DNA from: Octopus vulgaris
Taxonomy: Eukaryota
Direction of reading: 5' to 3'
Length of the DNA stretch: 64,000 nt
NCBI GenBank assembly: GCA_951406725.2
Contig: OX597817.1
Coordinates: 126,790,001-126,854,000, forward strand
Positions 1 through 11,895 of the stretch are shown here, in pieces. Every line of letters starts with the position of its first letter. Positions within the stretch are counted from its first letter, which is position 1. Position numbers and translations under genes: made by a program. The notes beneath the pieces were generated by a model. The model was not told the DNA's origin. It made no database searches and saw nothing but the letters and a program-made list of their open reading frames with translations.

Positions 1-349
1 TTTACATAATTATGAGCTATATTATAATTCTTTCTTTTATCAACTAATCAGGATGATTTTAATCAATAAGTAATCATACAGATAGACATATTCAAAGAAT
101 AGAAATATTCAAAGAAAAAAATTGAAAAAATTTAAGAGTTATGTTATACATATATGTGTGTGTGTGTGTGTACAGTAATAATGGGAAAATATTCTAATTT
201 CTTTGATATACTTTCATTAAGATTACTTTATAGAACAACTCATATATATGTGTATATGTCTATATATATATATATATATATGTGTGTATAAGTCTATATA
301 TATATATACAATTATGTATCCAAAAAATATAACAAAATAATAAGTTTTT

Positions 350-760
350 GGAGAGAAGATTGGAAATTTGCAAATGACGGTCTCTATTTGGTCGTCATGG
401 ATGATAGATGGAGGTCCACTACGCTCATGATCTTCAGGGCTCATGTCTTTAATGCGAAATCGTTTAAACCATTTTCTAGCTGACCACTCACTGGTCCTTT
501 CCTCACAAGATGTTTCGATTATATTGCAAGCAGTTTCAGCTGTCTTACGTCCTTTCTTGATGAATCGCAACATTTTTCAAATATTGCTCTGCGACTGATC
601 CATTTCATATGATTTTAAAAGCGGTGGAAAAAGATGCCAATGTTAATTTATTGATGCGTTTGTGCAAGTCTACATCTGTATCATCAGAAAATTGCAAAAT
701 ATTGTTTAAAAACATTACAAACTGCAAAAATGCGGTACAATTTCTTCATGGTGCGACACG
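350..760 (-). mobile_element. mariner-like transposase relic (N-terminal HTH region)
   Basis: ORF 223..573(-) reads MLRFIKKGRKTAETACNIIETSCEERTSEWSARKWFKRFRIKDMSPEDHERSGPPS, matching the mariner HTH pattern (WF.RF..G..SLED..RSGRP). It is truncated into TA repeats. Confidence 0.8.
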
Positions 761-782
761 TTGCTTACTTTTTACTCACCCT

Positions 783-881
783 GATAGATATAGAGATAGA
801 TAGATAGATATATTGATAGATAAAGAGATAGATAGATGCATACATACATACATGCATACATAGAGAGACAGATACATAGAT

Positions 882-950
<69 letters not shown>

Positions 951-1003
951 TATAGATAGATAAATAGATAGGCGGTTAGATAAATACATAGATAGATAGA
1001 TGG
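783..1003. repeat. (GATA)n / (CATA)n tetranucleotide microsatellite
   Basis: Direct reading of tandem gata units. Confidence 0.95.
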
Positions 1004-2320
1004 ATTGAGAGAGAGGGAGGCAAATAGACGAAGTGACTCATATTTCTATAACCATTATTAGCATAGGGTACAATGTTGCAATATATATTGGGCGTTTCCT
1101 ATAGAGTAGGCTTTTTTGACAACCTTTATCGTGAGATTATTTCAACTGTGAAGGAGCCTTGATTTTCTACGAATAAGTAGGCTCGGCAACAAATGATACA
1201 CTACAAATTATTGTGAGGAAGTAGGCTATGAATCGAGGGTTTTTACTTGCATCTCTGCAATGAACGCATTGATTTTATCTGGCAATTATAGAAATCAACA
1301 GCAATGATTTTTTAATGAATGTAGCATAACTGAAGTAACTTTCATTGTACTGCGAATGATTACCAACAATACATACGAAAAGTTGTTCGATGTTTTTGTC
1401 TTTCGGACAAAGATAGAACGAACGAATAAGGGATGCCATTTCCTTAGATTTTGTCTGCAAATAGTGTATCATGATCGAAATCATAAATTAAAATCTTTCT
1501 GACAAATACAGGGTTTTGTTGGATGTATGTTTTGTAGCTACCATTACCACTTTTTATGACTATGCTCAGGTTTATCTTCTTATAGATAACGTAGTGTTTC
1601 TAAAAGTGCGATACATAACATTACAATATGAATGAAATCAGTATAACGTAAAAGTTTATGAATCAGTATTTGCCTTTGACAAAAGAAATACCTGAAGTTG
1701 CAGCTCCAGTTTATTGTAATTAAATTGTCTATCATAAACGATTTTAGACACGGATCTACGTTTTTATTGGCTCACAAAATGAACGCGAATCCATAAATTC
1801 TAATACGTAAAGTAGCACATACAAAGCAAAAAATAATAGAAATTAAGAGAGGATGTGAAAATGATATAAAGCTAAAGGAAGAAATGGAAGGAATCGAAAG
1901 AAATGAAGAAAAGAAGAATAGTTTTTACATAAGACATAATTGGAAGAGTGGCAAAGGAAAAGAGCAACTCTGCCAACAATTGAGGAGTCAAAATTTATGG
2001 AAGTATTTTCTCTTTAAAACTGAATACTTACGATGGAGAGTTTGAAAGACATTTCAATTACGTTCGTGGAGAATATAACGTTCTTTTACTGGATATCTGT
2101 TTATTAGTTAAAAATATTGAATGTCTTGTGGGTATTTAGTATTTCTTTTACCAATGTAGACTAGACTCAGAAAAGAACGTCACCGAATTGCTTACGCGAT
2201 GCTGTCCTCGTTCCCATCACCTATAATTGAATATGTCGATTACAATATTGAGACATTCATAGCAATTCTCTGTGCAACAAAAACACGCCATTTCAAACGA
2301 ACGAGCTACACAATTAAAAC

Positions 2321-2357
2321 TAGTAGTAGTAGTAGTAGTAGCAGCAGCAGCAGCATC

Positions 2358-2432
<75 letters not shown>
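2321..2432. repeat. (TAG)n microsatellite with short (CAG)n interruption
   Basis: Direct reading; source of the poly-S/T/V ORFs. Confidence 0.95.
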
Positions 2433-2436
<4 letters not shown>

Positions 2437-2942
2437 TCGTTCACATCGATATAGGCAATAACCACTCCGAGATGTGAAATTAAGCTATAGAGATTCTAGT
2501 AATTGTTTCGAGTTATTCTTATACTTAAGGATGGGTCTTCCTTTCACGCAGAAGTCTTCTACATGTTAGTCATTCAAAAGGAATTTCGGAATGATCTTAT
2601 ATTGCGTTCGAACGACAAATTTTGATATTTAATAACTTATATTGACATTTCATGTTGCAGATATTGCGTGGAGAGAACATATAAAATGTTTCAAAGTACT
2701 TTAGATGCCTGGAATAGGGAGTATATACTCCTATGCTGTAGAAAAGAGTGCTCAAACCTAAAGATTTGTTTACACTTACTGCTATGCACTATATTGATTG
2801 TTTCTCAGTTGCAAATGAAGATCTATTTTTGTATCTTACACCATTTTACAAAATATACTGCAGAAAAAAAAAGACATTCAGCTACAATGAAAGCCACAGT
2901 ATCACTTACTGGAAGTGACATTAAAAATCATGTTTGCCTTAA

Positions 2943-2979
2943 CATAATAATAGGCATAATAATAATAATAATAAAAAAA

Positions 2980-3023
<44 letters not shown>

Positions 3024-3061
3024 TAATAATAATAGTAATAATAATGATAATAATAATGATG

Positions 3062-3096
<35 letters not shown>

Positions 3097-3113
3097 ACTA
3101 CTACTACTACTAC

Positions 3114-3210
<97 letters not shown>

Positions 3211-3280
3211 AACAACAACAACAACAACAACAAAAACACCACTAACAGCAACTTTAATAATAATAGTAATAACAATAATA
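2943..3280. repeat. compound trinucleotide microsatellite (AAT/ACT/AAG/AAC)
   Basis: Direct reading; source of the poly-N/K/I/L ORFs. Confidence 0.95.
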
Positions 3281-3659
3281 AATGCTCTGATACAGTACCA
3301 GGCAATGGGTATCACGGCTTCTAATCACAACGGATTGCAAGTGTTTTCAGGTACAAAAGATGAGCTACAACAAATATTCTTCTCAATACCACAGATTTGC
3401 TTGTAAATTGTTTGACTATAATCAGTTGAACATGAGTAGGATTGGTTACTCAACCCGGTGAAGATCCTGCAAGATCTTGTGCTGTTTATCTTGATATAAG
3501 ATCACCATGTCGCGCATAAACGGTTACGCTGCATGGGCCACGTGAGACCTTATGAGACGGTTAACCATGATGGATATACAGGGCTTCGTATATTTTACCC
3601 CAATGTCACTTTGATGGAATGCACTGCTCTCTCACTCAATGATGGGGGGAAAAAGAGAA

Positions 3660-4160
3660 CCATGGTGGAAAGGAAGATTAACGTTCTCTGTTAACGAGAC
3701 CAAAAAATATATCAATATACTGGAATGAAAAAAATGAAATGAAGTTCACTGAGAAGTAAGTATATATTGGGCTAGTGAGGAAGTATAGAGTGAAGACAAA
3801 GGGAATCAATTCTGTGATTGAGAAATTAAAGCAAAGTTGAAAACTAAAGTACATAAACTAAAATATATGAGCATAGAATTAATCAGTACAGATTAAACGG
3901 ACTTTTAGTACAAAGTCAGAAACGAGTCTATCAGGAACTCCATGAGAACGAAAAAGGTGAAAAGGCTGTGCCAGATGCAGAAGAAAGCAAAATATTCTGG
4001 TCAAACATATGGTCTCACGAGAAGCAACGCGAATATGAAGCAGAGTGGTTAAAGGCACTCATAGTGGTGAGTGGAGAGTATCAGCAGGAGTATTTCAGAA
4101 TAACCAAATAGATGATTAGAGATTAGTGCAGGAAAATTCCTAACTGGGAAGCATCACAGA
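3660..4160 (+). mobile_element. R4/Dong-like non-LTR retrotransposon relic (pre-RT region)
   Basis: Translates to RINQYRLNGLLVQSQKRVYQELHENEKGEKAVPDAEESKIFWSNIWSHEKQREYEAEWLKAL...RKIPNWEAS, similar to the FW..IW / NWKAPG region just upstream of RT in RLE-type LINEs. Stops and frameshifts present. Confidence 0.7.
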
Positions 4161-4359
4161 TGCAGCACAGAATGTGTCAGTGAACAGGTCGCGGTCTCAA
4201 AGCGACGAAATTATTTTGACAAATTAAATTTAAATGTTCAAGTGAATCTAACGGTTTATGTGTTTCTTAAATGGCTTATAAACACCTTCCACGCTGTAAT
4301 TGTTTTCGTTTCAGCACACGATCTCACATGAGGTCACTTGTTACGCAAGTACATCTCCG

Positions 4360-4375
4360 TATATATATATATACC

Positions 4376-4440
<65 letters not shown>

Positions 4441-4461
4441 GTATATATGTATATATGTATA

Positions 4462-4500
<39 letters not shown>

Positions 4501-4516
4501 TTGTGTGTATATATAT
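4360..4516. repeat. (TA)n/(TG)n compound microsatellite
   Basis: Direct reading. Confidence 0.95.
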
Positions 4517-4919
4517 AAACATGAAGAAATTATTAACATCATTAAAATCTACGTATAATTAATGTCTAGTTACAACATCTTACACAAATTGAAAATGCGC
4601 GTATGGTTGTGTAAAATAATTTGACGGCAAGTTCAAAGTAATCTCGGAATAACCTCTTAATGAAGGGCATATAATGCTTTATATTTATATAAATTCCTTA
4701 ACCCCTCCCGCGCCCCATTGATAAAACGAAATATTACATTTTTTTAATATTCAATGAAAGCATCAAATATTTGGGAACCTTAAACACGTCAGTTATAGAA
4801 CTTTTAAAATGTAGTCGTGTAAAAATCTGTGTAAAATTAAACCTAATAAAATAGCATTAAGTGTTATTGGACTCTGTTTTACAAAGTCTCACATATGTCA
4901 TTACTCTTTACACTTTTAT

Positions 4920-5110
4920 TCTTTTACTTGTTTCAGTAATTTGACTGTACCCATGCTGGAGCACCACCTTTAGTCGAGCAAATAAACCCCAGGAATTATT
5001 CTTTGTAAGCCTAGTACTTATTCTATCTTTCACTTTTGCCGAACCGCTAAGTTACGGGGACGTAACATAACAGCATCGGTTGTCAAGCTATGTTGGGGGA
5101 CAAACACAGA
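4920..5110 (-). mobile_element. tRNA-derived SINE family A, 3' half
   Basis: Colinear with the 3' half of the full copy at 42100-42482 (gaaccgctaagttacggggacgtaa...ggttgtcaagc). Confidence 0.85.
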
Positions 5111-5139
5111 CACACAGACGTACACACACACACACACAT

Positions 5140-5208
<69 letters not shown>

Positions 5209-5422
5209 CATAACCAAATGCAATAATCATCCCGGAAATCTACAGAGAGTCACATGCCTTTATTTTCATTTTTTCCTACTCACATATGTCTCACTATCTA
5301 CATACACCAAACACGCCAACGGACATTCGCACAGTTACATATAAACATATATGCATAATGCATATATATATATATATATAGTGGGTATTTTAGGTGGCTA
5401 TCAGTCTATATATATAGTTCAC

Positions 5423-5812
5423 TTAATGCAGTCTTAATGGATTTAATTCTCATTCGCTGAAATATAGGTGCTATTCAGCACACTCAGTCACAATTTATGA
5501 GAATTATTTTTTCCTTTACAGTTTTATACTTAATCTAGTTCCTTATGTTAATTTTTATTATACACATTAGCATTTCTCTAAATCAGCAATACATGTATAT
5601 GGTAAAAAGATATATGGGCAGATATATTCAGCTAAACCAACCGAGAAATGAAGTAGATACTGATGAGGTGTCTGCAACTAACAGGCGAATTGGTCCAGTG
5701 CTCCTAGCTCTGCTCATACGGTAGTTATTTTCATGCAGCTTTAAGAGTTCCAGCCCTTATTTCCCGCAATATAAGTGCTATTCAGCATCTTCAGTCAAAA
5801 TTGGTGAAGATT
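5423..5812 (+). repeat. ~80-bp imperfect direct repeats ~307 bp apart, in a unit bounded by (TA)n
   Basis: aatataggtgctattcagcacactcagtcacaatt (5461-5495) vs aatataagtgctattcagcatcttcagtcaaaatt (5768-5802); similarity extends upstream (atgcag..ttaa). Confidence 0.75.
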
Positions 5813-5822
5813 AAGCCATTCC

Positions 5823-5889
<67 letters not shown>

Positions 5890-5893
<4 letters not shown>

Positions 5894-6198
5894 GAAGAAA
5901 ATGCTGACAAAATAATTTAAGTAAGGGAGAGTGTATTTAATTAGGTGAAAGTTCTTTTTACCGGTTGCGCATTTGTTATGCTTATCAACATATATTTTTT
6001 TAAGAGAGATAGACTTCCTTTCTGATAGATTTTTTTCTCTTATCTGATAAGAGAAAAAATCTATCAGAAAGGAACTCTATCTCTCTTAAAAAATATATTT
6101 TGATAAGCATAACAAAAGCTCAACCGGTAAAAAGAACTTTCACCTAATTAAATACACTCTCCCTTACTTAAATTATTTTGTCAGCATTTTCTTAATTT
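5890..6198. repeat. near-perfect ~310-bp palindrome (foldback), 1-nt centre at 6045
   Basis: 5890-6044 is the reverse complement of 6046-6198 with few substitutions and two 1-nt homopolymer indels; (TA)n lies on both sides (5828-5890, 6245-6305). Confidence 0.95.
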
Positions 6199-6241
6199 CC
6201 TTTTTTTATATATCACAACTCGTGTTCCACATCTCCTTTTT

Positions 6242-6306
<65 letters not shown>

Positions 6307-7985
6307 GTGCATCAGAGATTATCGGTTATATTGTCTTTTTCACGTTTCTAGAGTGAATATATTGAAATATGCTATATGCAGCTAAAATATTTCAAGTAGA
6401 GTACAGTTCTGATTTTGTCGCAACCCTCTACACAGGTTTTTATTTCCCGCCTTCAAAAAGGGTTTTTGTCTATAAGTTTTAAAACGTATATGTTTATATT
6501 TACAGAATCATTGCATTTATTATCAAAATATTAGCAACAGTATTCTATGTTTACATGACACTGACATGTTCTTGTGCTCTCAACAGATATTGTCCCAATC
6601 AATAATGATGAATCCAGGTATTGATATCCTTGGGAATCTAATATTCTTTGAATGCTATACCGATACACCTACAGATGAATTAATTAAAATTAATATATTT
6701 AAAGAATATTCACAATGTATTCTTTAGCTCATAACCTATAAAAAATATGGAAACATTGCACAACCCTTGCTTTTTCTTTTGGTTTGTTTGTGTTTTAATT
6801 CATTCCTGTAACTTAAAATTTTCAGATTAAATTGAGTAAAATTCAAACTCGATATTACACAAGCAGATCCTATAATAATCCCACATATTTCATTCTAAGG
6901 AATATCGATACTTGTAGTGGATCATTTTCCAGTATATATGATATTTAAAACATTTTGGGTAAACGTTTGAAAATATTGATCATCTTTAATTATAACCTGC
7001 ACCTATGCCACAATATTACAAACACTGTTTTCGTAAATATTTAGGAGTAATTACATATTGTCATTTACCTCTCTGAAGTCAAGTGAATAATTATTTCCTT
7101 GCAGGTAATCCAATATATACCCGATCAATTATGCACTAAACTCCGTTATTATTAACGAGCAAAACACGTTTTCGAATTTAATGAAACTGCGCAATATTGA
7201 AAATCGCTTGTGAAAATAGAAACGGAAATTTTTAAATATTTCATAACACGAAAGAAACAACTTTTTAATGCATTATTATGAAAATTCCAAAATATATACT
7301 TTAGGAATCAATAAGAAACAATACATTTTTAGGGTTCTCAAGATATATAGAGATGTTCACTAAGCATCGGTGTTACTGCTATTCTCTGACAAATATACAA
7401 ATATGTTCCTAAAAATATTTTTCGCCATCTCTCTAAAAACGAAATCCATGATTTTCTTATAACAATAAAACTCAGATTATATATTGTATAAAGCTGCTAT
7501 TATTGTATTATTTCTCATGTACATACATTCTTACACACTCACAGACATTCTTATATGTGTATGTACCTGTCATTGTATATTTGCGCGTTTCTATGCATAT
7601 GCATATATATAATTATATATTCATATATGCTTTTATGGAGATACAGAAAGGAGTAGTGTTACAGAATGTAATAAAGAGAAGTATATTTGCAGTAAATATT
7701 TTGGATAGCATTTCATAAAAAAAATGAAACAGAAAGCCTGAAGAACAAAAAATACTGAAAAATATCTATTGGTTTGTACAAAGTAGTTGTATTCATAGAA
7801 GCTATCAATATGCAACAGAAAAAAAATATATATATATACACGTCATTTTTTCTTAGCTATGATTTGGTGTTCTATATCAGTAAACATGATGTTTTGGAAA
7901 GTGTTCATATATATATTTTGCATAGTTATCCAGTCATTTACACTATGTGTGTGATGTTTGTTTTGTTCGTGTGTATGTGTTTGTG

Positions 7986-8020
<35 letters not shown>

Positions 8021-9779
8021 ATGATTGTGTATGTATGTGTGTGTTTCAAAGTAACCATACCATGTGATATAAAGGTGCGTTGCAAGTAAGAACGAATTAT
8101 AAATCTTTCCTATCATATTCGGACTCTGCACTTTCGAACCCCCGAAATAATAAAACTGTCAGTAAAGACAGCGATTGTAGATGACTATATTTATTTAGTA
8201 ACTAGATATATCTGCCGCATATAATAATGAGATGAGTACTTGCGTATTTCGTATAAGTCACCTAGTAATTTTAACTAATTATTGCTCATACTTTTTACAA
8301 CCTAATAGTTAAAGACACAATTCTCCTTCAAATAGTTGCAACATCTCCAGCAACTGCATTTTATTTTTTAGATAATGGTCTCCTCTCATGTGTCAGGGTG
8401 CAATGTTTTCTTCATATTTCTTAGCTTTCCACATTAAATGTACAACATCAAATATAATAGCATAAATTGCTCATACCTGACTACTGTAAGATTTTACATC
8501 ATCGATTCCATCATAAATTTTGCTGTCTAAGCGAGCATTATTCTTACTTTAGAGAACTTTTCAAACTTCCTTCGTGTCTACGTCTCTGATTTACAAGGCA
8601 TCATAACATTAGGGCACTCTTTCCAAATCGTTCGGCAGCAGTCATTTGTGGTAACGAGTGTAACTTAATGTGCCCGTTCGCTCGACCTGCTAGAAATAGC
8701 CCTCTTTGAAAAGTAACATAAGGTGATACCTTGTCCGTTGTGCTTAGAAATATGACGGCATGGTTATTACATGAATATTCTGATGCGGCATATTTTGGAA
8801 AGAAAATTTATCATATACAGATACGGATTTACTAAAAGTGAAATGTAAAGCAGAGAGATGTAGGATAAAGAAACTTTAAGGGTTTGCTTGAATTTAAGGA
8901 ATTTGTAACTCATAAGCAAATCTGAGATAAATGCATGATTTACATTTAACGTAAACTCATAAAATGCAGACATATAGTAAAACATGTATAAAATGAAAAT
9001 AATGATGTGGTGAAAGGTGAATACTTAAAAATAATATCAGTGTATATTTCATTTCAACTTCGTGCCATTTTCCGAACTATGTTACATTTTCTAGACTGAC
9101 CACAAATGCCCTAGCATAAGGTTTGCTATACATAGCTCAATATAAAAGCAACAAACATAGACTAACCTAAAATTGAAAATAGAAAGAGAAACACGTACGG
9201 CCGTTCAATACGAAATCTCATTCAGAAAACACTCAGCGTCTTTAAAGTATGTGTGTAAGGCAAGATTATGTATTCATACATACATACATATATGCATACA
9301 TTCATACATATGTATGTGTTTGTTTGTGTGTGCCTGTGTGTGTGTATGTGTGTATGTGTGTGTATGTCAGTGAGTGTGTGTGTAGTCGAACCTTATACTT
9401 CGCTTGAAGCATTGTAGTACAGAGGAAGAAATTGAATGAAACGTCTTTCAATGCAGACGTTTTAAAATTATAAAATTATAGCTTCGGAATAATGCAGTCA
9501 AAGGAATATGTAGTTACATGGAATGTTATTTCCGACATCTCGGTGTTTGAGTTAACAGCATCAGAAACTCTCCAACTGCTGGTGTTGGATTTAGTTGCAG
9601 TAACAGGTTGTAGAATCAAATCAAATTTATTGGCAGGAAAAGAGCACAATATGCATAAGCCATGTAAAAACAAAAAAAAAACCCGTTATTCGGTTATTGT
9701 TATATACAGTTTTATATATAGACACCATAGTTGGCTAGAGCTTAGTAGAACAGGGGAGTGGAGGGCAGTTAAATGACAT

Positions 9780-10430
9780 CTCGTGGTAGCTTGTTCTACG
9801 GGGCTGCGATGCGGTCGGTGAATGCGGCCTTCCGCCTGTTGAGTCGAAAGTGTCGGGATAGTTTGCGATAGAGAATGGTAGCAGACATGCCGTGGTGGTG
9901 GTAGATGATGGTGATGTTGGCTTAGGTTTGTGTGTTGATAGTGATCGCTGTGGCGTATTAATAGAAGCCACCCGGCCGATGAATAAATATTGAATGTAAG
10001 CGTTTGTGGAAGGAATACGCGTAAGTAGTCAAGTGATCTTTTCGGCGGACTTAAAGTGGTTGTACGATGATACCGATATAATAGCTTTAGCATTTGGAGC
10101 ACCGTATCTGGTAGAACACATATACACATAGCCACGTGCTCGTGTTGCGAATACGACATTCGCCAATGTGCAGGCAGATGTTCTGCGACTGACCAACCCT
10201 TTAATATATGATCTCGCAGGGGCGGCCCCGAATGGGCCATTATGAAGTCTAGGCCTTCCCTGCTGTTGGCCTTGTGGATGGCTGAGGTAATCATCTCATA
10301 CAAGCGGAGAATCTTCAAGAGGCAGGTCCTAGAGAGATTCCTCTTGCCTCGTCTATCCGGCTTCTATTCGGGTATCGAGTCAGCTACGGAAATGGAATAT
10401 CCGTTGGTCTCATGTACTTTGAGGAACTGA
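9780..10430 (-). mobile_element. Penelope-like element relic (RT-EN linker and GIY-YIG endonuclease)
   Basis: Minus strand near 10130-10030 reads CVYVFYQIRCSKC*SYYIGIIVQPL*VRRKDHL, matching the PLE GIY-YIG pattern (VY.I.C..C...YIG.T..L..R..EH). It is preceded by a Cys/His linker. Confidence 0.75.
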
Positions 10431-11086
10431 GCAACAGTTCATCCAGCATCGTATGACCGCTGCATTTCTTGTGTATCCTACACCAAACGCAAGAATGTCG
10501 TTGCTGCTAACTAAAAGACCCAGCTCTCCGGATTAACATTCTCTCATAAAACTTTGACTATTCTCTTCTGAAGATACAGGTTTACGGGCGAAATATAAAT
10601 TTATTTCGTTTTAAATCTTTCTGCATTTTCATCAGGTTTCCTTATTCGTATTTCCACTTACCTTCTACGTATACATGCATATCTGTGTGTGTGTGTGTGT
10701 GTGTATGTATGTGTGTGTGTGTGTATGTGTGTGTGTGCATGTATATATGTATGTATGTATACATACATGTGCCCGTGCGTGTGTATGCGGGCGCGGGATT
10801 TGAAAATCTTAAGTCAGATGCGTGTATATGTGTAGTGTATTTCGTCACCGAAGTGATCATTAGTATGCTACCATTATATACATTAGTAAATATATATGGA
10901 TATTATACAATCTTCGTAAGGCTTTACAATTTGGTATTTATATAAATGTACAAACACATATTACGCAGTAATTTTAGGGGTATTGCCTGCATACAATTTA
11001 CCAGTGTTCATATGAATTTATGCACATCTTCGTGTATATGCTTGTGTGTATGCGTTCGGGTGTGTGTGTGTCTATGTGCGTGTGTA

Positions 11087-11205
11087 CAGAAAAGTTACCA
11101 CAGATATAACTGGCTTGTGGCGGCCAAGCGTTCGCAGCGACGTCGCTTTTTAATCCTTCCATGTCGGCTCTTCCTATCAAAGCGTTGGATTGTTCACCCA
11201 CTAAC

Positions 11206-11252
<47 letters not shown>

Positions 11253-11775
11253 TCCTACCGATGCATCACGCGTACTCGGGGTTCTCGGCGTGCGGCGGAG
11301 GCGGCGGCTCGCGCGTTGTCCGTCGTGGCCTTTGCCGCCGATGCTTCCTCGGCCGACATTAGGCGGGCGTCGGCAACGTCAACTCGGCTACAGCTATCCC
11401 GTCCAGTACAAGAGGAACCGCGGGATCAGAGCAATGGTTTGCGCGCTCGCTCGACAGAGCGGTGGTGCCAGGCTGCCTCTGAGCGATAACGGCTGAACGC
11501 CTCTAAGCCGGAACCGTAGCCGGACCCGAGTTGTTTTGCAAAAGCGTCTCAACCTCAAGGCGCATGCCTTAGCTTGGCGTTCGCCGTCCGCCTGTCGCGT
11601 TCGCGCGGCGAGCGGCAGCGTCGCCGGTGGAATTGCCATTTGGGGACGCGTCGGCGGCGGCGTCCGCGCCGTCGTCTGCTCGTCCCGCCCCGACTAGTTC
11701 GAAGAGATCGAAACGAAAGGGATCGCTTGCATACCACCCGACTTGCCGTTCGGAGTGACGTGCTTAGTAGATAGG
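11087..11775 (+). rRNA. 28S rRNA: 28S (LSU) rRNA 3'-terminal fragment, dispersed pseudogene copy
   Basis: Conserved LSU blocks: cagaaaagttaccacag..ataactggcttgtggcggccaagcgtt, ggattgttcacccactaa.agggaacgtgagctgggtttagaccgtcgtgagacaggttagtttta, sarcin-ricin loop AGTACAAGAGGAAC (11405-11418), ctgaacgcctctaag. GC-rich expansion segments, core substitutions and a deletion; no other rDNA nearby. Confidence 0.95.
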
Positions 11776-11804
11776 TGTGATACAGAAAGTCTTAGTAATT
11801 ATCT

Positions 11805-11805
11805 A

Positions 11806-11890
<85 letters not shown>

Positions 11891-11895
11891 TATAC
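11805..11895. repeat. (CT)n(TA)n compound microsatellite
   Basis: Direct reading. Confidence 0.95.

Noticed and set aside
2668-3406. 218-aa Asn/Lys-rich ORF and overlapping poly-I/L ORFs
   Set aside because: Stop-free frames are produced by trinucleotide microsatellites; there is no domain signal.
9686-10318. 210-aa minus-strand ORF as a host gene
   Set aside because: It overlaps a frameshifted Penelope relic; the recognisable GIY-YIG motif is in another frame and contains stops.
10568-10600. ctgaaga...gaaatata hammerhead-like spacing
   Set aside because: Stem II and stem I do not pair; compatible with chance.
11290-11774. Arg-rich ORFs on both strands
   Set aside because: These are translations of GC-rich 28S expansion segments.
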